Positions 37,548 through 47,325 of a DNA stretch of 64,000 nucleotides are shown here, one piece after another; position 1 is the stretch's first letter; each line of letters opens with the position of its first letter. A program made the translations under genes and the position numbers. The stretch spans positions 16,814-80,813 of the forward strand of contig CAMBZZ010000004.1 in assembly GCA_945872615.1 (NCBI GenBank). Direction: 5' to 3'. The stretch is from an uncultured Clostridia bacterium. Lineage in GTDB: Bacteria; Bacillota; Clostridia; Christensenellales; UBA3700. Under the pieces are notes generated by a model. It was given only the letters and a program-made list of their open reading frames with translations. It did not search any database and was not told the DNA's origin.

Positions 37548-38458
37548 TTGTTATATTTATTCCTAAGTTTTTCCAATATATCGGCAAAATAATTAGGCAA
37601 AGGAGCTTCAAAGGTCATCAATTCTTTAGTGGACGGGTGAGCAAATTGCAACCTAAATGCGTGCAATAATTGTCCTTGGTTGTACAAACTCGTCGACCCG
37701 CCATATACGCTGTCCCCCACTATCGGGTGACCGATATGCTTGCTATGCACTCTTATCTGGTGGGTACGACCCGTTTTCAACTCGTACTCTACCAAGGTGT
37801 ATCCGCCCAATCTCTCCAAAACTTTGTAGTAAGTTATTGCGCGTCTACCCTTACCCTCTCGGCACACAGCCATCATTTTTCTATCCTTTTGACTGCGGTC
37901 GATATTGGTATCTATTACCCCTTCATCCTTATTAATTACACCGTCAACTAGCGCAATATAATATCTCTTGGCTTCTTTGCTGGCTATTTGGCTTTGCAAA
38001 CTTACGTGAGCTTCGTCGTTTTTGGCAACGACCAACAAGCCCGATGTGTCCTTGTCAAGTCTATGAACTATCCCGGGGCGAGCCACTCCGTTGATTGAGC
38101 TGAGCGACTTGAGCCTAAAAAGTAACGCATTGACAAGCGTGTTGTCGTAAGAGCCGGGTGCGGGATGCACCACCATTCCTTGAGCCTTGTTGATTACGGC
38201 AACATCGTCGTCCTCATAAATCACGTCAATTGGAATATCGGCGGGAGTAAGGTCGAGTTGTTTAATCTCGGGTAATTCATACTCTACAATATCGCCGTTT
38301 TTGACGTTATACCCGGCTTTGACAGCCTTACTATTGACGGTAACCAAACCTTGCTCGGTCAAGTTTTTGACGTAAGACCTACTCTCGTCTATCTCTTCCG
38401 ACAAAAACAAATCTAGCCTTTTGCCTACGTCGGCGCCGGTTACGACAATTCTATTCAC
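37544..38458 (-). CDS. rluD: 23S rRNA pseudouridine synthase, RluD subfamily
   Basis: 304 aa. N-terminal S4 domain, HRLDKDTSGLLV catalytic motif. GTG start with GAGGTGA upstream. lspA-rluD synteny. Confidence 0.92.
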   Translation of the reverse strand: MNRIVVTGADVGKRLDLFLSEEIDESRSYVKNLTEQGLVTVNSKAVKAGYNVKNGDIVEYELPEIKQLDLTPADIPIDVIYEDDDVAVINKAQGMVVHPAPGSYDNTLVNALLFRLKSLSSINGVARPGIVHRLDKDTSGLLVVAKNDEAHVSLQSQIASKEAKRYYIALVDGVINKDEGVIDTNIDRSQKDRKMMAVCREGKGRRAITYYKVLERLGGYTLVEYELKTGRTHQIRVHSKHIGHPIVGDSVYGGSTSLYNQGQLLHAFRLQFAHPSTKELMTFEAPLPNYFADILEKLRNKYNK

Positions 38459-39020
38459 CGTCTTTCACCTCGTTGTGCAAAGCTTCATTATGGTTTTTTG
38501 TTTGTTTTGGCTTAAAAAAGTCCTCTTCTTTTGCTTGGAAGATTATATAAATAATCACCATAAAGGTGCCCACCAACAAAAATATATCGGCAATATTACC
38601 AATGGCGAAATCTATACCGAAAAAGGTATCCAAAAAGGTATAATCTATAAAGTCTCTCACATAGCCGAAGACTATTCTATCCACAAGGTTGCCCACTCCG
38701 CCGCCTATTATCAATATAATTCCGCTTCGCGCTAAAGTCGGTAACTTAGGCTTGACGGCAAGCAATGCTACAAGCGCAATCATCACGACTGCGGTAAGTA
38801 CTACGAGCATGGTCTGCTTACCCTCGAAAATTCCGAAAGAAGCACCAAAATTGTGCGCTTCTTGCAAGGCAAAAATACCGTCAATCAATTCAAATCTACC
38901 TGATTTTTTGTCTGCAAGAAAGGCAAAAACAAGCGATTTTGACAACAAATCGATTGCCAAAACCGCTATAAGCAAGAGAAGTTCCGCCAAAAATTTTTTG
39001 ATACCTAATTTTTTAATCAT
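38451..39020 (-). CDS. lspA: lipoprotein signal peptidase II
   Basis: 189 aa, four hydrophobic segments. NFGASFG and GNLVDR motifs, then VRDFID. Confidence 0.92.
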   Translation of the reverse strand: MIKKLGIKKFLAELLLLIAVLAIDLLSKSLVFAFLADKKSGRFELIDGIFALQEAHNFGASFGIFEGKQTMLVVLTAVVMIALVALLAVKPKLPTLARSGIILIIGGGVGNLVDRIVFGYVRDFIDYTFLDTFFGIDFAIGNIADIFLLVGTFMVIIYIIFQAKEEDFFKPKQTKNHNEALHNEVKDGE

Positions 39021-39702
39021 AACGCTTTTTTAGATCGGACGGACCTTGAATACTTACTCCGTCGGGGGTAAACAAAAACATATTGTCGGCTATCCTTTGT
39101 TGCGCACCGCCCAACGCGTAAATCGCGCCTGAAAGATAATCCATAATTCTCTGACAACCCTTATCGTTGATTTTGGACATATCGACGATGATAGCCTGTC
39201 TATTGCGCAGACTGTCTATTATTGCTTGCACGTCCTGTATAGTCTTAGGATAAGTGATGATTACGTTGTTATAGCTTCCGCCACCGCTCTGTTCGACGTT
39301 TTCCTCTTTCTTTCCGAAAGAAAAGAATCCGCGTTTCTTTTTAGGCGGCTGAGAATACTGCGTAGGCGCGCTATATTGTTGATTGTTGACGTCGTAATCG
39401 AACTCTTCTTCTCCTCGAGGATATGGCACTCCGCCATACTGTTGTCCTTGATACGGTTGACCGTATTGTTGTCCTCCGTAAGGCTGTGCGCCGTATGGTT
39501 GCTGCGGAGCTCCCGCGCCGAATTGAGGGGGTTGGGAAGGATAAGTTTGCGGATTTCTCACAATAGGCGTAGGTTGAGTACCGTAAGAGGAGCGCTGAAC
39601 GTAATCACGGTCACCGCTTGTTCTGCCTTGATTAAAATCGCCGTTTCTTCTCGGTACGAATCTACCGCCGTCCTCTCGAAAATTATTGTCTCTATCGTCC
39701 AT
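39013..39702 (-). CDS. sepF: cell division protein SepF with a P/Q/G/Y-rich N-terminal extension of about 120 aa
   Basis: The C-terminal 95 aa match the SepF core (VIITYPKTIQDVQAIIDSLRNRQAIIVDMSKI...IMDYLSGAIYALGG...FLFTP). AGGAGG SD at the ATG at 39702. ylmE-sepF synteny. Confidence 0.85.
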   Translation of the reverse strand: MDDRDNNFREDGGRFVPRRNGDFNQGRTSGDRDYVQRSSYGTQPTPIVRNPQTYPSQPPQFGAGAPQQPYGAQPYGGQQYGQPYQGQQYGGVPYPRGEEEFDYDVNNQQYSAPTQYSQPPKKKRGFFSFGKKEENVEQSGGGSYNNVIITYPKTIQDVQAIIDSLRNRQAIIVDMSKINDKGCQRIMDYLSGAIYALGGAQQRIADNMFLFTPDGVSIQGPSDLKKRYD

Positions 39703-39710
39703 GTTTCCTC

Positions 39711-40406
39711 CTAACAGCGAGCCCCGAAGAGCGCCCTGCCTATTCGTATATAAGTAGGTTGTGCATATTTGATTGCGTATTGATAATCGTTAGTCATTCC
39801 ACAAGACAAAATGTCGATGATTTGTCTGTCTTTCATATGTTTTTTTAGTTTTTCAAAGAGCGCTCTAAATTCGATATATAGATTTTTCAATTCTTCGCAC
39901 TCACCTAGATTGGGCATTATTGCCATAATGCCGCGCAAGGCAATATTGGGATATTTTGCATCCACGAGGTCGGCAAACTCTTGCAGATTCTCTTTATCGA
40001 TTCCGCCTTTAGACAATTCGCTTCCCATATTGATTTCTATCAAACAATCGACCTTTATTCCGCGTTTTTTAGCTTGTTTGTCAATCTCTGCCGCAAGGCT
40101 TTCTCTATCCAAAGAATGTATTAGACACACTTTATCAATGATATATTTGACTTTGTTGCTCTGCAGCTGACCAATCATATGCCAGTTTAGATTGGGTGCA
40201 ACGGGATACTTTGCAACCAATTCTTGTACGTAATTCTCTCCTACGTCCTCAAAAAGATTATACTTGGAGATAGTTTCTATCAATTCGTTGGGCTTCGTCT
40301 TGGTCACGGCTATAATTTTGACGTCGTAATCTTCAACGCCTTGCTTGGCGGCAGTAATATTTTGCTTGACGACTGCAAGATTAGCTTCAATATCTTCTCT
40401 GTCCAT
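39711..40406 (-). CDS. ylmE: YggS/YlmE family pyridoxal-phosphate homeostasis protein
   Basis: 231 aa. AVTKTKP, WHMIGQLQSNKVK, MGMT-like (SCGMTNDY). Confidence 0.9.
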   Translation of the reverse strand: MDREDIEANLAVVKQNITAAKQGVEDYDVKIIAVTKTKPNELIETISKYNLFEDVGENYVQELVAKYPVAPNLNWHMIGQLQSNKVKYIIDKVCLIHSLDRESLAAEIDKQAKKRGIKVDCLIEINMGSELSKGGIDKENLQEFADLVDAKYPNIALRGIMAIMPNLGECEELKNLYIEFRALFEKLKKHMKDRQIIDILSCGMTNDYQYAIKYAQPTYIRIGRALFGARC

Positions 40407-40491
40407 AATTATTACCTTGCATATATTGTAGCATAACTTTTATAATAAGTAAATAATTTTTATATTTTGCAACACAACTCCTTTACGTATC

Positions 40492-40531
40492 AAAAATCTC
40501 CCGCCTTTTCTCATAGGCGAGAGACTTTTTT
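40492..40531 (-). terminator. rho-independent (bidirectional-looking) terminator downstream of the tandem-OB gene
   Basis: Minus strand reads TCTCTCGCC-tatgagaaaa-GGCGGGAGA followed by TTTTTGA, with an A-run on the other side. Confidence 0.7.
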
Positions 40532-40648
40532 CTAAATTGTCCAACTGTTGACGCTGAAAGACAAAAATATTTACTTGGTAGACATAATAGTAATTATTAT
40601 AATTAATATTTATATATTTTGCAATATTATTATATATTTAGCTATAAT

Positions 40649-41311
40649 TTAGAATAATGTTGAGGCAATTCGGCTCTTTTCTTTGTCGTCGAAATCTTCC
40701 GGTACGACCTCGATTTTGCTTACCGACACCTCGTACGCCACCCTCTCTTGCGTGGTCATGTCCTCAAGCGTCTTGACGTACGTCCTCGACTGAATTCTTC
40801 CCGTAAGAGCCAATTTGGTGCCGATTGACAGCGTACTCGAAAATCTTGCGTTCCTTCCCCACAATATACAAGGGATATAATCTGACTTGTTGTAAGCCCT
40901 ATTGACGGCAATCAACATGTCGCATATCTCTCTCTTAAAGGGCGTCGTACGATACACGGGCATTTTGCAAACGTATCCGACTATCTCGATATTGTTAGAG
41001 TTGACGCTATCTACCTCTACTATATCTCTCACAAACGCCGTAAGTAACAATCGTGATTTTTCTCCTTCCACCTTGTTATAACTACGGAACTGCCCTACTA
41101 CGCTAATTCTGTCACCCACTTTTATATCGTGTTGCAACAGTAGTCTCTCGGACACGGTGATAGGCACTTCGTCCACCTGTCCCGACAACCTAGTCACGGA
41201 CAAAGTAGTTTCAAAAAATCCTTCCTTAAATACTTCGTGAGAAAACTTAGGTTCTTTGCTGACGACGCCGGTTAGCGTCAATTGATTGTTGTTCATCTGT
41301 TCGTAATTCAT
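40649..41311 (-). CDS. SSB-like protein with two tandem OB-fold-like halves
   Basis: 220 aa. Two halves share an internal pattern (TLTGVVSKEPKFSHEVF...VGQFRSYN and IVGYVCKMPVYRTTPF...LTGRIQSRTY). No acidic SSB C-terminal tip. AAGGAGG SD. Confidence 0.5.
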   Translation of the reverse strand: MNYEQMNNNQLTLTGVVSKEPKFSHEVFKEGFFETTLSVTRLSGQVDEVPITVSERLLLQHDIKVGDRISVVGQFRSYNKVEGEKSRLLLTAFVRDIVEVDSVNSNNIEIVGYVCKMPVYRTTPFKREICDMLIAVNRAYNKSDYIPCILWGRNARFSSTLSIGTKLALTGRIQSRTYVKTLEDMTTQERVAYEVSVSKIEVVPEDFDDKEKSRIASTLF

Positions 41312-41322
41312 TTTATCCTCCT

Positions 41323-42081
41323 TTACTTTAGATGTTGAACACCGTTGTTGTCTACGTAATAATTTTGTTGATATACCAACTCGCTCATCGTAACCAATTT
41401 GTAGCCTTGGTTTTGCAGATTGGAAATCACCAGTGGTATAGCGTCCAAAATATTGTCGCTATTGTTGTGGCACAATATTATAGAGCCCGACTTAGCTTTA
41501 GCCACTCTCTTGGCTATTTCTTGCCCGCTCAAACCTTTCCAATCCAAAGAATCGACGTCCCACTGTATGCCTATCATAGATTTTTGTTCGAGCACACCCA
41601 TCAAAGCGTTGTTATAATCTCCAAAAGGGGCGCGGAAAAACTTTGGCGTTTTGCCCGTCAACTCCATGATTTTAGTATTGACGTAGTCTATCTCTTGGCT
41701 TTTAGTTTGGTCGTCGAGCTTGCTCATGTTGTAGTGATTTTTGGAGTGATTGCCTATCTCCATACCCGCATCATCAATTTTTTTGACTAAATCGGGGTAT
41801 TTATCTATCCAAAAACCCACCAAAAAAAACGTTGCTTTGACGCCGTATTTATTGAGCAGCTCTAATATTTGCTCGGTTTTATCACCGCCCCAAGCGGCGT
41901 CAAAGGTCAAAGCCACCAATTTGTCGTCTCTATCTACGTTGTAGACGGGTATTTTTCGCTCGACTTTGCCGTTATAAACGGCTTGCACGTCTGCGTTTAG
42001 CAGCGCAACGACGCCTACGGCGCAAAATACCACCAACAAAACCGTTGCAATTATTGCTTTTTTAGTTATGCTGAATACCAT
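41323..42081 (-). CDS. polysaccharide deacetylase (NodB homology domain, PdaB-like), membrane-anchored
   Basis: 252 aa. N-terminal TM helix. LTFDAAWG, ATFFLVG, GNHSKNH motifs. Confidence 0.85.
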   Translation of the reverse strand: MVFSITKKAIIATVLLVVFCAVGVVALLNADVQAVYNGKVERKIPVYNVDRDDKLVALTFDAAWGGDKTEQILELLNKYGVKATFFLVGFWIDKYPDLVKKIDDAGMEIGNHSKNHYNMSKLDDQTKSQEIDYVNTKIMELTGKTPKFFRAPFGDYNNALMGVLEQKSMIGIQWDVDSLDWKGLSGQEIAKRVAKAKSGSIILCHNNSDNILDAIPLVISNLQNQGYKLVTMSELVYQQNYYVDNNGVQHLK

Positions 42082-42222
42082 TTTTTACTCCTTTGATTGT
42101 AACAAAACCCGCCAATCGAATTTTGTCTGATTTTGTCAAAAATGCTTGAATATTGGCTTTCTTATCAATAACTTATGCGCCAAAAAGGGCGACAATACCA
42201 AAAATTTGTTCAAAATATACTG

Positions 42223-42251
42223 TTGACATATCTTCGAAAACAATATATACT
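42223..42251 (+). promoter_or_regulatory. sigma-A promoter of the SRP RNA (TTGACA-N17-TATACT)
   Basis: TTGACAtatcttcgaaaacaataTATACT, 5-6 nt upstream of the predicted RNA 5' end. Confidence 0.65.
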
Positions 42252-42256
42252 AATAT

Positions 42257-42526
42257 CGTTGTGCTAGGTGGGGAGCTAGCGGTGCCCTGTATCTGCAATC
42301 CGCTACAGCAGAGCTGAAGGCTATCTTAGGTCTGAGCTATGCAAGGTCCGCCTCGGATAAGTGACGTTGATAACAAGGTCTTGTGCAATCGCGCCCTGTG
42401 AACCATGTCAGGGCTTGACCGCAGCAGCATTAAGCAGATCGCGTGATGTGCCACGAGGTAGCTTTGAGGGAGTCAACTGTCCGAGTCACGCTTGGGTAGT
42501 TCTTATCGACGATAGATGCACAACCT
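42257..42526 (+). ncRNA. ffs: signal recognition particle RNA, long Bacillus type (with Alu domain)
   Basis: GTGCTAGGTGGGGAGCTAGCGGTGCCCTGTA...CTGCAATCCGCTACAGCAG (Alu domain) and GAACCATGTCAGG...GCAGCAGCATTAAG...GTGCCACGAGG (domain IV). These closely parallel B. subtilis scRNA as I recall it. The 5' CGTTGTGC pairs with the 3' GCACAAC. Length about 270 nt. Confidence 0.92.
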
Positions 42527-42536
42527 TGACGACGAC

Positions 42537-42564
42537 GCCGACGATTTATCGTCGGCTATTTTTA
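42537..42564 (+). terminator. rho-independent terminator of the SRP RNA
   Basis: GCCGACG-atttat-CGTCGGC followed by TATTTTTA. It overlaps the stop codon of the convergent gene 42562..43530. Confidence 0.7.
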
Positions 42565-43530
42565 TTGATATTTTAGTCTCAAGTCTCTAGCGTTGAGCAC
42601 TATTTGCACGGCATAATACCTAATATCGCTAAGCACGTCGCCTTTTTGTTGTCCCGTAGTCTCGATATTTGACAATAGTCCTAGGCAGATATTCATATCC
42701 ATCGAGACGTCCTCAACAACCTTTTGGTCAGCAAAGCGCTCTGCTTTGCTATCAAAATACGCCTTTTGCACCGCTATACTACTCTTGAGTTTTGCAATTT
42801 CGCTTTTTATAGCGCTGACGTCGTCGGTGCCTTGCTCGTACTCGTATTGCAATCTAATCAACGTATCTACAATATCCGTATAGTACGTAGCGTTATTTTC
42901 TACTATACTTTTCAAGTCTTTATCTTTGATTTTCCAGCAGTATATATAGATTTCTCTTACGCATCCCTCTTCGTAGTTGGACGCAACTTTGTTTGCTTGC
43001 TCCTCGTCCGTAAAAACGTTGCCTATGATAAGATATTTATCGTTTTCTTTGACAATATTTCCGCCTGCTCCGCCTCTTCTCAATTCAAGCGCTCTCGTTT
43101 TCGCCGTATCGTAGTCGTCAAAAATGCCTAGTCCGACCAAATAAAAGCTTGTTTCCACGTTCTTTTTGTCAATCATTTGTCCCCAAGCAGTCATAAGTCT
43201 TCCGTCAACAATAAAGTCGCTTATTACAAAAGTGGAAAGAATAACTATAATAATCGTCAAAACAAAAATTGAAATTTTGTTGAGTGCGCCACGACCTCTT
43301 TTTCGCGACTTTTTATCGTTTTTTCGTTCATTTTCCACTTCCACAGCAATATTGTCGGGGGATATTTCGTAATCGAACTCGACCTGTCTATCTCTTACGT
43401 TAGGATAGTCGATATATACTATTTGAGGAGCGAATTCCTCGTTGGATATATCGTCTATCTCTTCTTGAGAACGGTTGCGAAGATAAAATTTAGAATAATC
43501 CATAATAATAGTTATGTCGAAAAAGGTCAT
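42562..43530 (-). CDS. membrane protein with a central SPOR-like domain and a helical C-terminal domain; function unknown
   Basis: 322 aa. Acidic N-terminus, KKSRKRGRG patch, TM helix (ISIFVLTIIIVILSTFVI). SFYLVGLGIFDDYDTAKTRALELRRGG...YLIIGNVFTDEEQANKV resembles a SPOR repeat. Start uncertain (ATG at 43530 or 43503; neither has an SD). Confidence 0.5.
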   Translation of the reverse strand: MTFFDITIIMDYSKFYLRNRSQEEIDDISNEEFAPQIVYIDYPNVRDRQVEFDYEISPDNIAVEVENERKNDKKSRKRGRGALNKISIFVLTIIIVILSTFVISDFIVDGRLMTAWGQMIDKKNVETSFYLVGLGIFDDYDTAKTRALELRRGGAGGNIVKENDKYLIIGNVFTDEEQANKVASNYEEGCVREIYIYCWKIKDKDLKSIVENNATYYTDIVDTLIRLQYEYEQGTDDVSAIKSEIAKLKSSIAVQKAYFDSKAERFADQKVVEDVSMDMNICLGLLSNIETTGQQKGDVLSDIRYYAVQIVLNARDLRLKYQ

Positions 43531-43560
43531 ATTATACGAGATTTTTCTTTTGTTTTATAC

Positions 43561-43587
43561 AAAAAAATCGACGCCAAAGACGTCGAT
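43561..43587 (-). terminator. rho-independent terminator about 140 nt downstream of comEB
   Basis: Minus strand reads ATCGACG-tctttgg-CGTCGAT followed by T7. Confidence 0.6.
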
Positions 43588-43726
43588 AATTGATAGATTC
43601 TAACAATTCTATTGAGATTGCTATACAATATTATATTGTATATAGATATAATAGATTATAATTATTATATCTATGATAACTCTATTATTTTTTCGGCTGA
43701 GTTTAGCGCCATAATTGAGGCAGGAC

Positions 43727-44176
43727 TTATTCCGTCAACTGCTCTACGACAACGCCCGCTTGTTCAAACATCTTCATACCAAACTCATCGGGATAGCCGT
43801 GTTTGTAGACTACGCGAGTTACACCGGCATTGATTATCATCTTGGCGCAAATGGTGCAAGGCTGATGCGTGCAATACAACGTACTGCCAATAAGCGATAC
43901 GCCGAGGCGAGCGGCTTGAATAATTGCATTTTGCTCGGCATGCACGGCGTAGCAAATCTCGTGTCTAGTACCTGAAGCAATGCCCATATCGTTACGAATG
44001 CAACAGCCTCTCTCTACGCAACTACTTATTCCGCTACTGGCGCCGTTGTAACCCGTAGTCAAAATTCTCTTATCCTTGACGATAACGGCTCCCACGTGTC
44101 TATCCGGCTTATAACAACTCGACCAAGTAGCCACCAATTCCGCCATTTCCAAAAATCTTGCATCCCATTTATCCAT
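43727..44176 (-). CDS. comEB: dCMP deaminase (ComEB family)
   Basis: HAEQNAI and the zinc motif PCTICAKMI. The ATG at 44176 (MDKWDARFLEMA) has TGAGGTA upstream. Confidence 0.9.
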   Translation of the reverse strand: MDKWDARFLEMAELVATWSSCYKPDRHVGAVIVKDKRILTTGYNGASSGISSCVERGCCIRNDMGIASGTRHEICYAVHAEQNAIIQAARLGVSLIGSTLYCTHQPCTICAKMIINAGVTRVVYKHGYPDEFGMKMFEQAGVVVEQLTE

Positions 44177-44350
44177 AAAGTACCTCAAAAATTTTTCTAT
44201 AAATATTGTATCATATCTTGCCCTCCAAAACAAGATAAAAAGGGGTAAATAGGATAAAATATTATATATAAATAATAATTACTAATATCGTTATACGTGA
44301 AAACACAAAAACGTAACGTTGACAAATCATCACGACGCGATAAACATTGG

Positions 44351-44444
44351 CAAACGCCGAAGTTGCGAGCAAGACGCGAAAAGCGGTGACTTTATCGAAT
44401 CGAGCATACTTTGCGGTAACGTCGACAACGCAATATACCAAGTT
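44351..44444. repeat. palindromic interspersed repeat, copy B1 (left-half copy, A-type interior)
   Basis: About 60 nt align with copy A (11185-) with roughly 6 mismatches by eye. The right arm is missing. Confidence 0.7.
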
Positions 44445-44567
44445 CAAACGCCGAAGATGCGAGCAAGACAAGGAGAACGAGGATTGGGCGACAGGAGCGT
44501 ACTAGGCGTACGTGACTAAGCACAACCGCAAGTTCGACACAGTATTGCGACGCATATTCGGCGTTTG
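44445..44567. repeat. palindromic interspersed repeat, copy B2 (full length, variant interior)
   Basis: CAAACGCCGAAGATGCGAGCAAGAC ... GTATTGCGACGCATATTCGGCGTTTG. Both arms are homologous to copy A. The terminal inverted repeat CAAACGCCGAA / TTCGGCGTTTG is perfect. Confidence 0.75.
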
Positions 44568-44598
44568 AATATATTTGCAAATAATTTACATAAATATA

Positions 44599-44627
44599 TT
44601 TACATTGCCTACTTTCCGTGTTATAAT
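44599..44627 (+). promoter_or_regulatory. sigma-A promoter of groESL (TTTACA-N17-TATAAT)
   Basis: TTTACAttgcctactttccgtgtTATAAT, 8 nt upstream of the CIRCE element. Confidence 0.6.
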
Positions 44628-44635
44628 ATCAAATG

Positions 44636-44662
44636 TTGGCAGTCTAGACTGTCGACTGCTAA
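44636..44662 (+). promoter_or_regulatory. CIRCE-like HrcA operator (TTGGCAGTC-N9-GACTGCTAA)
   Basis: A 9-N9-9 inverted repeat between the promoter and the groES SD. It differs from the canonical TTAGCACTC-N9-GAGTGCTAA at 2 positions in the left half-site and 1 in the right (TTGGCAGTC and GACTGCTAA). Confidence 0.7.
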
Positions 44663-44712
44663 TAGTCGAGGACATAGATTGCTAAAATTGAAAATTCAGG
44701 AGGCTTACATAT

Positions 44713-44997
44713 ATGAAAATTAAACCAATGTTTGACCGTATAGTCATCAAAGCAGTAGAAACGCAAGAAAAGACTGCGAGCGGACTTTATTTGACGGCTT
44801 CTTCGCAAGAAAAGCCACAAGTTGCCGAAGTTATCGCGGTAGGACCGGGAGGCACGATTGACGGCAAAGAAGTCGTTATGCAAGTCAAAGTCGGCGACAA
44901 AATTTTGTACAACAAATACGCGGGAAGCGACTTTAAGTTGGACGACGAAGAAGTTACCATTCTCAAACAAAGCGACGTGCTCGCTATCATAGAATAA
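44713..44997 (+). CDS. groES: co-chaperonin GroES
   Basis: 94 aa. KPMFDRIVIKAVE...GLYL...mobile loop. AGGAGG SD. Confidence 0.97.
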   Translation: MKIKPMFDRIVIKAVETQEKTASGLYLTASSQEKPQVAEVIAVGPGGTIDGKEVVMQVKVGDKILYNKYAGSDFKLDDEEVTILKQSDVLAIIE

Positions 44998-45007
44998 GGA
45001 GGTTTAG

Positions 45008-46642
<1,635 letters not shown>

Positions 46643-46666
46643 TTCAAAATACGTCTACCAAACGTC

Positions 46667-46700
46667 AAAAGACCGAAGCCATAGACTTCGGTCTTTTTTA
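46667..46700 (+). terminator. rho-independent terminator of groESL
   Basis: GACCGAAG-ccataga-CTTCGGTC followed by T6, preceded by an A-run. Confidence 0.85.
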
Positions 46701-46754
46701 TTCAAACCGCCCTGCGTTTTTCTAAACACAAGACGGCTCAAAGGTAAATTCAAG

Positions 46755-47234
46755 TTATTCCGCCATCAATCGTTCTTGCTCAGCCATAAAGTCCATATCG
46801 GCTTGAGACACGTACTTTTTGACGTTAAGTCCGCTATCGAGCATACTCTGCAACTCGGCTTTGGCGTCGTTTAGATATTGCGTCAAGCTATCGTTTTGCT
46901 TAGCGATTTCTTCGGGCAAATGGGTACCCACGTAATCCGTCCACTTGCGAGCAAACTCGCTTAATCTTTCGCCCTCTAAGCAATATCTCACCTTGGAAGC
47001 ATATTCGATATTGCGAGCCTTTTCCACCGCCATAGCCAAGGCAAGACTTGCCTCTTCTTTCTTGCTCTCATACTCTTTGACTTTCTTTTGTAGGTCGGCT
47101 TTTTCTTGTTCCAAAGCCAAAATTCTATCCTTGTGTTCGAGTAATACCTTGTCGTAGCCGTTGGATATTTTTACCAAATACTCGTCCACTTCCTTTACGT
47201 CGTAGCCTTTTCTTCTTACCTTAAACGTTTCCAT
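46755..47234 (-). CDS. DivIVA domain-containing protein
   Basis: 159 aa. N-terminal FKVRRKGYDVKEVDEYL DivIVA motif followed by coiled coil. AAGGAGG SD. Confidence 0.8.
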   Translation of the reverse strand: METFKVRRKGYDVKEVDEYLVKISNGYDKVLLEHKDRILALEQEKADLQKKVKEYESKKEEASLALAMAVEKARNIEYASKVRYCLEGERLSEFARKWTDYVGTHLPEEIAKQNDSLTQYLNDAKAELQSMLDSGLNVKKYVSQADMDFMAEQERLMAE

Positions 47235-47261
47235 ACGTCCTCCTTGGTTTGATTATACCCC

Positions 47262-47292
47262 AAAATAAAAGATTGCTACCTAAGTAGCAACC
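47262..47292 (-). terminator. rho-independent terminator downstream of pncB
   Basis: Minus strand reads TTGCTAC-ttag-GTAGCAA followed by TCTTTTATTTT. Confidence 0.65.
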
Positions 47293-47325
47293 CTTAATTT
47301 GTCGACAAAGGTCTTGTTTTGTCGT

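Noticed and set aside
42361-42576. 71-aa plus-strand ORF
   Set aside because: It lies inside the SRP RNA and its terminator.
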